Positions 15,897 through 26,596 of a DNA stretch of 64,000 nucleotides are shown here, in pieces. The stretch is from contig CAYOXD010000002.1 of assembly GCA_964407825.1 (NCBI GenBank), positions 3,248 to 67,247 of the forward strand. The letters run 5' to 3'. A program made the position numbers and the translations under genes. Position 1 is the first letter of the stretch. Each line of letters opens with the position of its first letter. The notes under the pieces were generated by a model that worked only from the letters and a program-made list of their open reading frames with translations, searched no databases and was not told the DNA's origin. This DNA is from an uncultured Desulfobacterales bacterium. Its GTDB lineage: Bacteria > Desulfobacterota > Desulfobacteria > Desulfobacterales > JAFDDL01.

Positions 15897-17660
15897 TCAG
15901 GGGCCGGGGGGGTTCAGGGTGTCGCCAAACTGGTGAAAAAGGGCCTGGAGAATGTCCTTGGTGGTTTTTTCCAGCAGGACATCCTTCATGAAGCGCCTGG
16001 CATCATCGGCCCTCATGGAGCGAATCATGTGTTTGACCGCGGGAATGGATTTGGGATTCATGCTCAGCGCATCGAAACCCAGTCCCAGCAGAATCGGAAT
16101 ATGAATCGGGTCTCCGGCCATCTCCCCGCAGATGGATACCCGGATGCCTTTTTTCTTACCCACCTCCTTGACATGCTTCAGCATCCGCAGGATGGCCGGG
16201 TGCAGTGGCTGGTACAGGTGCGCCACCTCCTTGTTGTTTCGATCGATGGCCAGGGCATACTGGACCAGATCGTTGGTCCCGATGCTGAAAAAATCCACCT
16301 CATCGGCCATGGCATCGGCCATCATCACCGCGGAGGGGACCTCGATCATGATGCCGATCTCGATATTTGGATCATAGGGCTGATGCAATTTGTCAAGCTC
16401 TTGGGACAACTGTCGGATCAATTTCTTGACGGCGACGATTTCCTCATAGCTCGATATCATGGGCAGGAGGATGCGTACCTTGCCGAAGGCCGACGCACGG
16501 AGGATCGCCCGGAGCTGCGTCCTGAAAATATCCTGCTTCAAGAGGCAGTACCGGATGGCTCGCAATCCGAGGGCCGGATTTTTCTCATCCGATTCCGCAT
16601 CGTTTGAAATGGCCTTGTCGCCGTTGATGTCTAAGGTTCTGATGGTGACGGGCCTGGGGGCCAGGGCCTCCACCACCTCCCTGTAGCTGCTGAACAGCTC
16701 GCGCTCATTGGGAAACCCGGATCGCTGCAGATACTGGAATTCGGTCCGGTACAACCCAATGCCGTCACTGCCGTATTTGAGCGCCGTCTGGGTTTCCTCC
16801 GGCAGTTCGATGTTGCTCATGACAGCCAGCTGAACGCCGTCAAGGGTCTGGGCAACCAGATGGCTGTCTCGGATCAGCGCCTTCTGGCGTTCCTCATAGA
16901 GGCTCTTGCGCTCTTCGAAGTCCACCAGCGTGTTTTCCGTCGGGTGGACGATGACCAGGCCGCTGGTGCCGTCAACAATGATCAGATCGTCATTGCGAAT
17001 GGTCCGGGTGGCGGTTGCCAATCCCAGCACCGCCGGAATGCTCAGGGTACGGGCGATAATGCTCGTGTGGCTGGTTTTGCCGCCGCGGTTTGTGACGAAC
17101 CCCTTGATCTTCTTTAGATTGATCTGGCTGGTTTCCGCGGGGGAAAGGTCCGATGCCACGAGGATGACCCGCGTGTCGATTTTCCTGAGGTTTACCTCCT
17201 GGGCTCCGGTCAGGTTGCGCATGATGATATCGGCCACATGACCGATGTCGTCGGCCCGTTCCTTGAGGTACATGTCCTGCATCCCGTGGAACATGGCCTT
17301 GGCATGGGAAACGGCCTTTCTGAAAGCCCATTCCGCGTTGACCTTTTCCTTCTCGATGGTTTCCAGGGTCGACCCGTAGAGCATCTTGTCCTTCAGAAGG
17401 AGCAGGTGGGTTTCCAGCACGTAGGAGTGGCGCTGCATCTCATCGGGGGTCTTGTCGATGATGGCCCTGAGCTCATCGATGGCGGATTTCACGGCGCCCT
17501 TGAAGCGCTTGATCTCCTTTTTGACATGTTGGTCATCGATGTAGTATTTTTCGACGACATCCACGCCCTCCTTGTCGACAATATATGCCTTGCCGATGCT
17601 GATGCCTGGGGATCCCGGAATACCTTCCAGCCGTATTTCAGAGGGGCTCTCTTCAATCAT
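15897..17660 (-). CDS. ptsI: Phosphoenolpyruvate-protein phosphotransferase (PTS enzyme I)
   Basis: The active-site His region GGKTSHTSIIARTLSIPAV and the C-terminal PEP-utilising domain motifs (FFSIGTNDLVQY, CGEMAGDP) are present. Confidence 0.9.
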   Translation of the reverse strand: MIEESPSEIRLEGIPGSPGISIGKAYIVDKEGVDVVEKYYIDDQHVKKEIKRFKGAVKSAIDELRAIIDKTPDEMQRHSYVLETHLLLLKDKMLYGSTLETIEKEKVNAEWAFRKAVSHAKAMFHGMQDMYLKERADDIGHVADIIMRNLTGAQEVNLRKIDTRVILVASDLSPAETSQINLKKIKGFVTNRGGKTSHTSIIARTLSIPAVLGLATATRTIRNDDLIIVDGTSGLVIVHPTENTLVDFEERKSLYEERQKALIRDSHLVAQTLDGVQLAVMSNIELPEETQTALKYGSDGIGLYRTEFQYLQRSGFPNERELFSSYREVVEALAPRPVTIRTLDINGDKAISNDAESDEKNPALGLRAIRYCLLKQDIFRTQLRAILRASAFGKVRILLPMISSYEEIVAVKKLIRQLSQELDKLHQPYDPNIEIGIMIEVPSAVMMADAMADEVDFFSIGTNDLVQYALAIDRNNKEVAHLYQPLHPAILRMLKHVKEVGKKKGIRVSICGEMAGDPIHIPILLGLGFDALSMNPKSIPAVKHMIRSMRADDARRFMKDVLLEKTTKDILQALFHQFGDTLNPPGP

Positions 17661-17912
17661 TGGAATTAGTCATTCTCCAACTATTACGATACGTTAAATA
17701 CTATACTGGTATCAGCAAGAACCGGATTTGTCAATCGGATTTAAAGACCGCCTTTCATTAGAGGTGCCGTTCCCCTGGCAGGGGCGCCCACAGAGGCTTG
17801 CAATGGTTGCCCGTTCTGCTATGGTTGATACCGGATAGGCCCGTAAGGGGCCGAAACCCGGAACCGTTTTCATGCCACTGCAAAGACCACTGCAAAGACG
17901 ACCGGTCATTCT

Positions 17913-18401
17913 ATGGAGAATCGTCCCCAGAGAAGTGATGGACAGCCGCCAAGGGGAAAGTGCATCCTCTGGATCCTGATGATCCTGCTGCTGCCGGCCT
18001 GTGCCCATCTGTCCAAGGGCGCCGCCCCGATCGACGGGTCGCCTTCGATTGCACTGAGGTTGATGGCGTTCTATCAGGGACCTCTGGATCACTTGAGGGC
18101 GGTACGCGGCGGGGAATGCCCCATGGCGCCCACCTGTTCCGAATATTGCCGCCAGGCCTTTGAAAAACATGGTTTCCTCATGGGCTGGCTCATGAGCGTC
18201 GACCGGCTGTTGCGCTGTGGCCGCGACGAGCTGCGGATCTCCCCCCATGTCTTTATCAACGGGGAGCAAAAGACATACGATCCCCTCGACGCCAATGACT
18301 TCTGGTGGGCCCCCTCTCCGTTAGAAAAGCGTTACGCCGGTATAGGTCTCAGGGGTGATGTCCCGCAGCTCCTCCTTGACGGCCGCAGAGACCTCCAATG
18401 A
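17913..18401 (+). CDS. YidD-domain (DUF37) protein with a lipoprotein-like N-terminus
   Basis: Contains the YidD signature ECPMAPTCSEYCRQAFEKHGFLMGWLMSVDRLLRCG and an N-terminal LLLPAC lipobox-like segment. Its 3' end overlaps purB convergently by 81 nt. Confidence 0.55.
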   Translation: MENRPQRSDGQPPRGKCILWILMILLLPACAHLSKGAAPIDGSPSIALRLMAFYQGPLDHLRAVRGGECPMAPTCSEYCRQAFEKHGFLMGWLMSVDRLLRCGRDELRISPHVFINGEQKTYDPLDANDFWWAPSPLEKRYAGIGLRGDVPQLLLDGRRDLQ

Positions 18402-19673
18402 ATCGATGAATTCGCGCAGGACCTCTGGGCCGATCTCGGCATGGGTCCGGGTCAGGCCCTTGAGTGCCTCGTAAGGATTGGCGTATCCCTCCCGCCGCAG
18501 GACCGTCTGGATCGCTTCGGCCACCACCGCCCAGTTGCTGCGGAGATCCCCCCGTATCTTTTCCTCGTTGAGCATCAGCTTGTCGAGCCCCCTGAGCAGG
18601 GATTTCAGGGCGATGAGCAGGTGGGCGAGGGGAACGCCGATGTTGCGGCCAACGGTGGAATCCGTCAGGTCCCGCTGGAGCCTGGAGATGGGGAGCTTTT
18701 CCGCCAGATGCCCCAACAGGGCGTTGGAAAGCCCCAGGTTCCCCTCCGAATTTTCAAAATCGATGGGATTCACCTTGTGCGGCATGGCAGAGGAGCCCAC
18801 CTCCGCTGCCGCAATTTTTTGACGGAAATAGTTCAGGGAAATATAGGTCCACAGATCCCTATCGAGATCGATGAGGATCGTGTTGATCCGGCTGACGGCA
18901 TGGCAGAAGGCAGCCAGGTGGTCGTAAGGTTCGATCTGGGTCGTCACCCGGGAGCGGAAAAGCCCCAGGGTCCCGTTCACGAAGTCCTCGGCAAAGGAGA
19001 CCCAGTCAATGCCCGGATAGGCCACGTGGTGAGCATTGAAGTTGCCGGTGGCACCGCCGAATTTGGCGGCAAAGGGAATGGCCTCCAGCAGGGCGATCTG
19101 ACCCCGGAGCCGATCCACGAACACGTAGATTTCCTTTCCCAGCCGCGTGGGCGAGGCGGGTTGCCCATGGGTCCGAGCGAGCATGGGCACGTCGCGCCAC
19201 TGCTCGGCCCGGGCCGCGAGGACCTCCGTGAGCTCCTGAAGCACAGGGCCCAGCACCTGGCGCCAGGCGTCCCTCAGGGCCAGGGGCATGGCCGTGTTGT
19301 TGATGTCCTGGGAGGTAAGCCCGAAATGAATGAATTCCTTATGCCGGGACAGCCCCAGGGCATCGAATTTTTCCTTCAGAAAATACTCCACCGCCTTCAC
19401 ATCATGATTGGTGGTTCTCTCAATGGCCTTGACCCGCTGCGCATCCTCCAGCGTAAATCCGGTGACGATGCGCCTAAGGCCGTTCAGTGCCCCCGGATCC
19501 ACCTCCGAGAGCTGGGGCAGGGGAATCCGGCACAGAGCGATGAAATAGGCGACCTCCACCTGAACCCGGTATCGGATCAGGGCGCTTTCGGAAAAATAGG
19601 GAGCAAGGGGCGCGGTGGCGCGCCCGTATCGGCCGTCCACTGGGGACACGGCCGTAAGGGGGGAAAGGGTCAT
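18321..19673 (-). CDS. purB: Adenylosuccinate lyase
   Basis: The N-terminus LTAVSPVDGRYG and the fumarate-lyase signature GSSAMPHKVNP are present, at about 450 aa. Confidence 0.9.
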   Translation of the reverse strand: MTLSPLTAVSPVDGRYGRATAPLAPYFSESALIRYRVQVEVAYFIALCRIPLPQLSEVDPGALNGLRRIVTGFTLEDAQRVKAIERTTNHDVKAVEYFLKEKFDALGLSRHKEFIHFGLTSQDINNTAMPLALRDAWRQVLGPVLQELTEVLAARAEQWRDVPMLARTHGQPASPTRLGKEIYVFVDRLRGQIALLEAIPFAAKFGGATGNFNAHHVAYPGIDWVSFAEDFVNGTLGLFRSRVTTQIEPYDHLAAFCHAVSRINTILIDLDRDLWTYISLNYFRQKIAAAEVGSSAMPHKVNPIDFENSEGNLGLSNALLGHLAEKLPISRLQRDLTDSTVGRNIGVPLAHLLIALKSLLRGLDKLMLNEEKIRGDLRSNWAVVAEAIQTVLRREGYANPYEALKGLTRTHAEIGPEVLREFIDSLEVSAAVKEELRDITPETYTGVTLF

Positions 19674-19872
19674 GTGTGCAACCTCCCTTGGACCCTAGAT
19701 CGGGAACACGGCAGCTACGTGTTCACATCATAAAAAGGTCGTTGAATTCAAACAGGTTAACTTGAAATACAGCATCCGTTCCATAAGGAGTTTCGAACAC
19801 CGTCGGTTGGGACGTCTGAACCTTGTCTCGACGCCAATATAGGAAACGGACCGGTCGGCGTCAAGCGGATCC

Positions 19873-20049
19873 TTAGGGCTCGCTGTCCTTGGCCGTGTAG
19901 CCGGAGCACTCCTGGGCCGGCGGGCAGTCCGTCCCGCCGCAGTCGCACCCGCACCCGCAGCCACCCGAGGCGGTAAGCTTTTTCCGGAAGGTCAGGGCCA
20001 GATAGACCACGGCGGCGCCGACAATGAGAAGAACGATCAGGGTTTCCAT
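19873..20049 (-). CDS. FeoB-associated Cys-rich small membrane protein (58 aa; below the ORF-track cutoff)
   Basis: My own translation is METLIVLLIVGAAVVYLALTFRKKLTASGGCGCGCDCGGTDCPPAQECSGYTAKDSEP. That gives one TM helix and a GCGCGC-type Cys tail. It lies 48 nt downstream of feoB. Confidence 0.7.
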   Translation of the reverse strand: METLIVLLIVGAAVVYLALTFRKKLTASGGCGCGCDCGGTDCPPAQECSGYTAKDSEP

Positions 20050-20097
20050 GGATACCTCCTACGAAATTGACATCGCACCCGCTCCCCGTCGCGCCTC

Positions 20098-22308
20098 TCA
20101 ATAGCCCAGGGCGGAACCGACCTGGAAGACCGTCACGGACAGGATAAATGCGAAACTGGTGTTGAAGACGACGGAGAAAAGCGCCCATTTCCAGGAGCCC
20201 GCCTCCTTGGCGATGCAGACCACTGAGGCGAAACAAGGCGCATAGAAAAGTACAAAGAGAATCAGGCTCAGGGCCACCAGGGGCCGCCAGTTGGGAGCAT
20301 GCGCCAGTCGGCTCGACAGGGATTCGGGTTGCTCAGGATCGGTCTGCCCCATGGAGTAGGCCGTTCCCAGCGTCGCAACGATGACCTCCTTGGCGGCAAA
20401 GCCCCCCACCAGGGCGATGTCCGTCTGCCAGTTGAACCCTGCCAGCCGGCTCACCACCTCGAGGGAAGTGCCGATCCGGCCGGCGATGGAATGCCTCAGG
20501 GCGCTTTGGGCCTCTTTGGCGTCGATGGCCTTGAGACGTACTTTGAGCTGCCTTGCCGCTGGGGACAGATCAGCGGCCCGTTTGGTATCAAGCTCAGAGA
20601 GGACCTGGGGAGGCGCCTGGTCCCGAAGGGCCTGGCGCGCGGCGTCAAAGGCCCTGGTCTGGGAGGCCGGAAGACCCGGAAAGCTCATCATGGCCCAGAG
20701 GAGAATCGATATGGCCAGGATAATGGTACCGGCCTTTCGAATATACTGCCAGGTCCGCTCGCAGGTGTGGATGACGAGTCCCTTGAAGGTCGGCAAGCGG
20801 TAGGGGGGCAGTTCCATGACAAAGGGCGTGGAGGCACCCCGGATCACCGTAACTCTGAGGAGCTTGGCCACCAGAAGGGCGAATATCCAGGCGACGACGG
20901 TGATCATGAACATGAAAAGGGTCCTGTTCTGCTTGAAGAAGGCCGCTATCAGGAGGGCGAATACGGGCAGCTTCGCGCCGCAGTTCATGAAGGGCACCGT
21001 CAGCAGGGTGGCGAGCCTTTCCCGGTGCGATCTCAAGGTCCGTGAGGCCATGATGCCCGGCACGGCACATCCGCCGGCAATGCCGCCGGAGAGGATAAAG
21101 GGCATCACGGAGCTGCCGTGCAGACCGAAGATGCGAAATACCCGATCCAGCATGAAGGCCACCCGGGCCAGGTAACCCGTATCCTCCAGAAGGGAGATGC
21201 CGAAAAACATAAACAGGATCAGGGGGACAAAGCCCATGACACCGCCCACCCCATCGATGAGGCCTGAGATGACGAGGGATTTCACAGGTCCGTCCGGAAG
21301 CAGCAGGTCGGCCCGGCCGCCGAGCCACTCGAAGAGCCGCCCGCACCAATCCACCGGTGTCTGGCTGTAGACAAAGGTGAACTGGTACAGGGCCAGGATC
21401 ACCCCTGCCATGATCAAGGGCCCGGCCAGCCGGTGCGTGACCACCCGATCGATCCGGTCGGAAACGTAGAGCCGATCCCGGTCGTGGAGATGCGTGAGGA
21501 CGCCCTGTTTGAGAATGGACTTGATGTACCCGTAACGGTGATCTGCCACCATGGCCTCGGGGTAGGTATGCAGCGTCGCCTCCAGATGATCGGCGAGGCG
21601 CTCGACGCGTCGTTCCAGCGTCTGGGAAAACGCCGGGTCCCTGAGCCGTCCCTGTTCGAGAATCTGCTCGTCGCTTTCAATGTACTTCAGCGCTGCCCAG
21701 CGGGCCGGGTAGACGTCGGTGAGAAAGCCGTTCTCCTGGATTTGCCCGGTTAATTCCTCCAGGAGGCGGTCCACGTCATCGCCGTAGCTGATCAGCAGGG
21801 GAGGGGACCCCGTGCCGTTCCCGGCGACCTTCAGGGCCTCTTCCATCAATGTTTCCTTGCCCTGTCCGTTTCGTGCCACCGTGGGAATAACGGGCGTTCC
21901 CATCAGCTCGGCCAGGCGCCTCTCATCGATGGAGATGCCCCTGGCCCTGGCCACATCCATCATGTTGAGGGCCATGCACACCGGAATGCCCAGTTCCAGA
22001 AACTGGACCGTCAGATAGAGATTCCGCTCGAGGTTGGAAGCGTCCACGATATTGATGACCGCCGGCGGCTTCTCGTTGATCAGGAAGTCCCGGGTCACCA
22101 CCTCCTCGAGGGAGTAGGCCGTAAGGGAATAGGTGCCCGGAAGATCCACGACGCGCGCCTGGGTTCGACCGCGCCGGTAAAGGCCCTCCTTTTTCTCGAC
22201 CGTGACGCCAGGATAATTCCCGACATGCTGACGCGCGCCTGTCAACGCGTTGAAGAGGGTCGTTTTCCCCGCATTGGGATTGCCCGCAAGGGCAATGGTG
22301 GCTCTCAT
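20098..22308 (-). CDS. feoB: Ferrous iron transporter FeoB
   Basis: An N-terminal G domain (GNPNAGKTTLFNALTG, DLPGTYSL) is followed by a polytopic membrane domain, 736 aa in total. Confidence 0.92.
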   Translation of the reverse strand: MRATIALAGNPNAGKTTLFNALTGARQHVGNYPGVTVEKKEGLYRRGRTQARVVDLPGTYSLTAYSLEEVVTRDFLINEKPPAVINIVDASNLERNLYLTVQFLELGIPVCMALNMMDVARARGISIDERRLAELMGTPVIPTVARNGQGKETLMEEALKVAGNGTGSPPLLISYGDDVDRLLEELTGQIQENGFLTDVYPARWAALKYIESDEQILEQGRLRDPAFSQTLERRVERLADHLEATLHTYPEAMVADHRYGYIKSILKQGVLTHLHDRDRLYVSDRIDRVVTHRLAGPLIMAGVILALYQFTFVYSQTPVDWCGRLFEWLGGRADLLLPDGPVKSLVISGLIDGVGGVMGFVPLILFMFFGISLLEDTGYLARVAFMLDRVFRIFGLHGSSVMPFILSGGIAGGCAVPGIMASRTLRSHRERLATLLTVPFMNCGAKLPVFALLIAAFFKQNRTLFMFMITVVAWIFALLVAKLLRVTVIRGASTPFVMELPPYRLPTFKGLVIHTCERTWQYIRKAGTIILAISILLWAMMSFPGLPASQTRAFDAARQALRDQAPPQVLSELDTKRAADLSPAARQLKVRLKAIDAKEAQSALRHSIAGRIGTSLEVVSRLAGFNWQTDIALVGGFAAKEVIVATLGTAYSMGQTDPEQPESLSSRLAHAPNWRPLVALSLILFVLFYAPCFASVVCIAKEAGSWKWALFSVVFNTSFAFILSVTVFQVGSALGY

Positions 22309-22311
22309 GGG

Positions 22312-22551
22312 CTAGGCGACCTCGACGTCGACGTCGATAAAATCCGCCTCGCTGTTGCGGAGAGTCAGGGTAAATCCCATTACCCGGATCGCCACCGGGT
22401 CCTTGAGGGGCGCGCGGCCCTGAATGGTGATCTCGGCACCCGGGACGAGGCCCATATCCCGAATCCTTCGACCCAACTCGCCGTTTGCCCGAATGGTCGC
22501 AATGGTGCCCGACTGCTTGCGTATCATGTGGCGCATGTTGATGATGGACAT
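22312..22551 (-). CDS. feoA: FeoA family protein
   Basis: A 79-aa SH3-like FeoA pattern (RRIRDMGLVPGAEITI...PLKDPVAIRV) lies directly upstream of feoB. Confidence 0.85.
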   Translation of the reverse strand: MSIINMRHMIRKQSGTIATIRANGELGRRIRDMGLVPGAEITIQGRAPLKDPVAIRVMGFTLTLRNSEADFIDVDVEVA

Positions 22552-22652
22552 AGCGGTTTTTTATCTCCTGTTTCATGGGGGTCCGCAGAATCGTTTCAGA
22601 GTACCCAAAGTTTGGTACGCCAAACATAATAATTAGTCAACAGATTTTTTGG

Positions 22653-22662
22653 TTGATATCAA
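22653..22662. promoter_or_regulatory. Palindrome in the feoA / dtxR-like divergent intergenic region (possible operator)
   Basis: The perfect palindrome TTGATATCAA is embedded in the larger inverted repeat TCAAC-N12-GTTGA, within an AT-rich 176-bp divergent promoter region. Confidence 0.3.
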
Positions 22663-22727
22663 TATTTTTTGTTTGACATGATATCTTTGCTTTTGTAGGG
22701 TGGGCCGAGATATCATGCGGAGGCGAA

Positions 22728-23240
22728 ATGAAAGACGACCCCAAACTTTCAGAGAGTCTGGAAGATTACCTCGAAGTGATTCTAGATCTGGAAGAGACAA
22801 AGAAGGTCGCCCGCTCAAAAGACATTGCCGACAAGTTGGGCTTACAACGAGGTTCGGTCACGGGCGCATTAAAGAGTCTCGAGGAAAAGCAGCTGATCAA
22901 CTACGAGCCCTACAGTTATATTACATTGACAGAAAAGGGCGCCCGGATCGCCAAGACCATCACCCGGCGTCACCAGATCCTGAAAGAATTCCTTGTCAAG
23001 GTTCTCCAGCTCGATGAATCCACTGCCGAAACCACCGCCTGCCGGATGGAACACGCAGTGGATGAATCCTCCATCCAACGGCTGGTCCGTTTCGTGGAAT
23101 ACCTCAACAATTGCCCCCGCACGGGACCTGACTGGATCGAAGCGTTTCTCGATCGATGCCATAACATCCATAAATCCTGGAAAGACTGTAACCAGTGCAT
23201 CGACCGGTGCAAGAGCCGCCACCAGGAACGAAGGCCCTGA
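22728..23240 (+). CDS. DtxR/MntR-family metal-dependent transcriptional repressor
   Basis: Contains [15 protein letters not shown]...[35 protein letters not shown]...[18 protein letters not shown] Cys-rich C-terminal tail replaces the usual SH3/FeoA-like domain. Confidence 0.85.
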   Translation: MKDDPKLSESLEDYLEVILDLEETKKVARSKDIADKLGLQRGSVTGALKSLEEKQLINYEPYSYITLTEKGARIAKTITRRHQILKEFLVKVLQLDESTAETTACRMEHAVDESSIQRLVRFVEYLNNCPRTGPDWIEAFLDRCHNIHKSWKDCNQCIDRCKSRHQERRP

Positions 23241-23272
23241 AAATTTCGGCCGGGTTTGGGGGGCGAAGCGCC

Positions 23273-26152
23273 ATGAAACCTTCCTATGAGGAACTTAGAA
23301 AACGGGTCCAGACACTCGAACTGATGGCCCAGGACAGACAGCAGTCGGAACAGGCCCTCAAGAAGCGGCTCATCTATGAAAAGATGGTTTCGGACATTTC
23401 CACCCTCGCCGTGATGGTCGACGAGCTCGACGGCTTCATGGGCCGATGTCTGGAGATCATGGCCGTTCACCTGGATGTATGCCGTATTTTCATCGATACT
23501 TACGATTACGAAACACAGACGTTGAACACGGAATTCGAGTGGAAGGCCAAGGGCTTTCCCTCGGCAAGGGCCTATTTTCGTAATATACCGGCCCGCTATT
23601 TCCAATGGGTGACGGATCCCACCGCTGCAAACCGGGTCGTCCATGTGGAGAATACCGACCAACTGGCGGAAAGCGCGGGCAAGGAAATTCTCCAGGCCGG
23701 CGAGGTCAAATCCTTCCTGGCGGTGCCCCTGTTTATGGGGGACACCTATTACGGGTACATGGGCTTTAGCGAATGCCGCAGGCCCCGCGTCTGGGAGGAT
23801 GAGGATATCAATATCCTGACCACCATTTCCCACATCATCAGCCGGGTCTTCAAGAGCAAACAGATGGAGGAGGAACTCAGAGCCGCGAAACAGCAGGCCG
23901 AAGCGGGCACCATGGCGAAAAGCGAATTTCTGGCCAATATGAGCCATGAGATCCGGACGCCGATGAACGGTATCATCGCCGCCACGGATCTGCTTCTCGG
24001 CCAGTCTTTCCCGAAGCGGGCACGGCATTTCCTGAAAATCATCCACAACTCAGCCCATTCGCTCCTGGGGATTATCAACGACATCCTCGATTTTTCCAAA
24101 ATAGAGGCCGGAAAACTGACTCTTGAAACCGCTCCATTTCTCCTGGAGGATGTTCTGGAGCGCGTCTGTGACGTGTTTACCAGCAGCGCGGCCGCCAAGG
24201 GCATCGAGCTGGTGGTGGATGTGGACGCCGATGTCCCCAAGGCCCTGATGGGGGATTCCCTTCGGCTCCAGCAGGTATTCACCAACCTGGTCAGCAATGC
24301 GGTCAAATTTACGGACCAGGGCCAGGTGGTCCTCCGGGGCAGCCTTGAAACACCCGCCGGCTCTGAGGATGAGCCGGTTCGGCTAACCTTCTCCGTCAGG
24401 GATACGGGCATGGGCATCGCTCCCGGCGTTCGTCAGCGTCTGTTCCAGCCCTTCAGTCAGCTGGACAAGACTCCCACCCGCAAATTCGGTGGCACGGGCC
24501 TTGGTCTCTACATCTGCAAGCAACTGGTGGAGTTGATGGGGGGCATCATCTGGGTGGAAAGCACGCCGGAGCAGGGCAGTACCTTCTCCTTTACCTGCCG
24601 CTTCTTTCGTCAACCCCTAGAGGACGAACCGGCCCTGACCCTTCCCGAGGCCCTCTGCCTCCAACGGGTGCTCCTTGTGGATGACTGCCGAGAGAGCCGC
24701 TCGGTGCTGGAAAAGATGCTCACGGCATTGGGCTTGGAGGTGGTGTCGGTTCCCTCCGGTGAGGAGGCCCTGGAGAGGCTTCTGTCGGAGGAGCGGCAGC
24801 GGGCGCCCATACATCTGCTCATCCTCGACTGGCTGATGCCGGGAATGGATGGAATCGAAACGGTCCGGGTGATCCGGCAGGAGCGCGGCCTCGATCTGCC
24901 GATCATCATGATAACGGCCTTCAGCGAGGAGCGCATCAAGCGGGATGCCTTTCGAAAGGGCGCGAACGCATTCCTGACCAAACCGGTATCCCGGACCACC
25001 CTTTACCATGCTATCCTTGACGCCTTCGGTGGGCAGAGCCAGACAGACGGCGGCCTCCTGAAACCGCCAGCCACCGAAGTAAGTCTTTACCGCAACCAGG
25101 TGAGGGGCATGCATGTGCTGCTGGTGGAGGATAACCTGACCAACCAGGAAATCGTTCAGGCCGTTCTGGAGGACGCGGGGTTGCAGGTGGCGCTTGCTTC
25201 CAACGGGAAGGAGGCCCTGAGCCTGATCAAGGCCCAGGGGTTCGATGTGGTGCTGATGGATATTCAGATGCCGGAAATGGACGGTTACGATACCACCCGG
25301 GCCATCCGAGAGCTGGCCCTGCCCATTCGAACGGTGCCGATCATCGCCATGACCGCCCACGCCATGAAGGGCGATGAGGAGAAGTGCCTGGCGGCCGGAA
25401 TGAATGCCTATGTGCCCAAACCCATCACCCAGGATCGACTCTTCCGCACCCTATGGCGCTGGACGAGGGGAAAAGTGGGCAGGGGAACGAAGCTTGAAAC
25501 GCCTCCCTCCCCGAGATTGCCGGCCGTCCCCCGGGCTGAGGACGTCAACCCGATACCCGCGTCCCTTCCCGGTCTGGACATGGGGGCCGCCATGGATTCA
25601 TTGATGCTCGATTTCGCGGTCTTTCGTAAGATTTTGATGAAATTTCTGGAAACTCAAGAGGGCACTTTGCCGCAAATACGTGCGGCTTTGGCGGCAAAGG
25701 ATCCCGAGGCACTGGGCCGGCTTGCCCACAGCCTGAAGGGAGGGGCTGGTCATATCGGCGCTAAAGACCTGGAAGCGGCCGCCCGGGACCTCGAAACGGC
25801 CTGCCGAATGGGGGAGGGGGATGTCCTGGCCGACTCGATACTCGTCACACGCCTTGAGGAGGCACTTCGCCAGGTGATGGCGTCTATCCGGACACTGGAA
25901 ACACCGGCGGAGGTTCCCGAGGTTTCCATCGACAGCGCCGCGAAGAGTCCGGAGGCACAGGAGCGGGTTCGCCGGCTCATGGAGGCCCTGGCTCTGGCTG
26001 ATCCGGAGGCCATCGAAGAGCGACTGCAACTGGCCCAGTCACACCTGCCTGTATCGACCCAGTACCGCCTCTCCAATTACATCACCACCTATGATTATGA
26101 CCAGGCAGGGGACCTTTTGAGGAATTTCCTATCCAGGGATGCGGTTTCCTGA
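23273..26152 (+). CDS. Hybrid sensor histidine kinase (coiled coil-GAF-HisKA-HATPase-REC-REC-HPt)
   Basis: The H-box is [11 protein letters not shown]. The N/G boxes are [10 protein letters not shown] and [11 protein letters not shown]. Two receiver domains (LLVDD..., LLVEDN...DIQMPEMDG) and a C-terminal HPt ([13 protein letters not shown]) follow. The internal Met at 23273 avoids overlap with the repressor gene. Confidence 0.85.
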   Translation: MKPSYEELRKRVQTLELMAQDRQQSEQALKKRLIYEKMVSDISTLAVMVDELDGFMGRCLEIMAVHLDVCRIFIDTYDYETQTLNTEFEWKAKGFPSARAYFRNIPARYFQWVTDPTAANRVVHVENTDQLAESAGKEILQAGEVKSFLAVPLFMGDTYYGYMGFSECRRPRVWEDEDINILTTISHIISRVFKSKQMEEELRAAKQQAEAGTMAKSEFLANMSHEIRTPMNGIIAATDLLLGQSFPKRARHFLKIIHNSAHSLLGIINDILDFSKIEAGKLTLETAPFLLEDVLERVCDVFTSSAAAKGIELVVDVDADVPKALMGDSLRLQQVFTNLVSNAVKFTDQGQVVLRGSLETPAGSEDEPVRLTFSVRDTGMGIAPGVRQRLFQPFSQLDKTPTRKFGGTGLGLYICKQLVELMGGIIWVESTPEQGSTFSFTCRFFRQPLEDEPALTLPEALCLQRVLLVDDCRESRSVLEKMLTALGLEVVSVPSGEEALERLLSEERQRAPIHLLILDWLMPGMDGIETVRVIRQERGLDLPIIMITAFSEERIKRDAFRKGANAFLTKPVSRTTLYHAILDAFGGQSQTDGGLLKPPATEVSLYRNQVRGMHVLLVEDNLTNQEIVQAVLEDAGLQVALASNGKEALSLIKAQGFDVVLMDIQMPEMDGYDTTRAIRELALPIRTVPIIAMTAHAMKGDEEKCLAAGMNAYVPKPITQDRLFRTLWRWTRGKVGRGTKLETPPSPRLPAVPRAEDVNPIPASLPGLDMGAAMDSLMLDFAVFRKILMKFLETQEGTLPQIRAALAAKDPEALGRLAHSLKGGAGHIGAKDLEAAARDLETACRMGEGDVLADSILVTRLEEALRQVMASIRTLETPAEVPEVSIDSAAKSPEAQERVRRLMEALALADPEAIEERLQLAQSHLPVSTQYRLSNYITTYDYDQAGDLLRNFLSRDAVS

Positions 26153-26162
26153 ACCGCGGTCG

Positions 26163-26567
26163 TCACCCGTTTTTTTCCCCTTCGAGATGCTTGCTATTTT
26201 CCGGCAGCAGCTCCCTGACCGTGGATATCAGTTCATCGATGACCATGGGCTTTTCGATGGTCCGGTCTGCCCCCACGCTCTTGGCGATCTTCAGGTAAAT
26301 GTCCGCGGAACCGATCCCTCCCCCCGAGACGGCAATGATTTTCACATTGGGCGCCAGTTTCCGCAACTCCCGGATGGTTTCAATCCCCTCCTTTTCAGGC
26401 ATGATGATGTCGGTGATCACCAGCTTGGGCATCTGTTCCTGAAAAACCTGAAGAGCCTCTTTCCCATTGGCGGTGGTCAATACCTCGTACCCGAAATTCT
26501 CCAGCACCTCTTTCAATAGTCGCCGGTATTGGGAATCATCCTCGACAACGAGTACAACGTCGTTCAT
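26163..26567 (-). CDS. Single-domain response regulator (CheY-like receiver)
   Basis: Contains VLVVEDD, DIIMPEKEG and KIIAVSG receiver motifs. At 134 aa it has no output domain. Confidence 0.85.
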   Translation of the reverse strand: MNDVVLVVEDDSQYRRLLKEVLENFGYEVLTTANGKEALQVFQEQMPKLVITDIIMPEKEGIETIRELRKLAPNVKIIAVSGGGIGSADIYLKIAKSVGADRTIEKPMVIDELISTVRELLPENSKHLEGEKNG

Positions 26568-26596
26568 GTTTTCACCTCGTGATGGGGACTTCCTCT

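Noticed and set aside
19704-19724. The inverted repeat GAACACG-N7-CGTGTTC about 30 nt upstream of purB, considered as a PurR-type operator or as the feo operon terminator.
   Set aside because: It does not resemble the known PurR box, and no T-run follows it on the minus strand. It may be a 5'-UTR hairpin, but the evidence is too weak to call.
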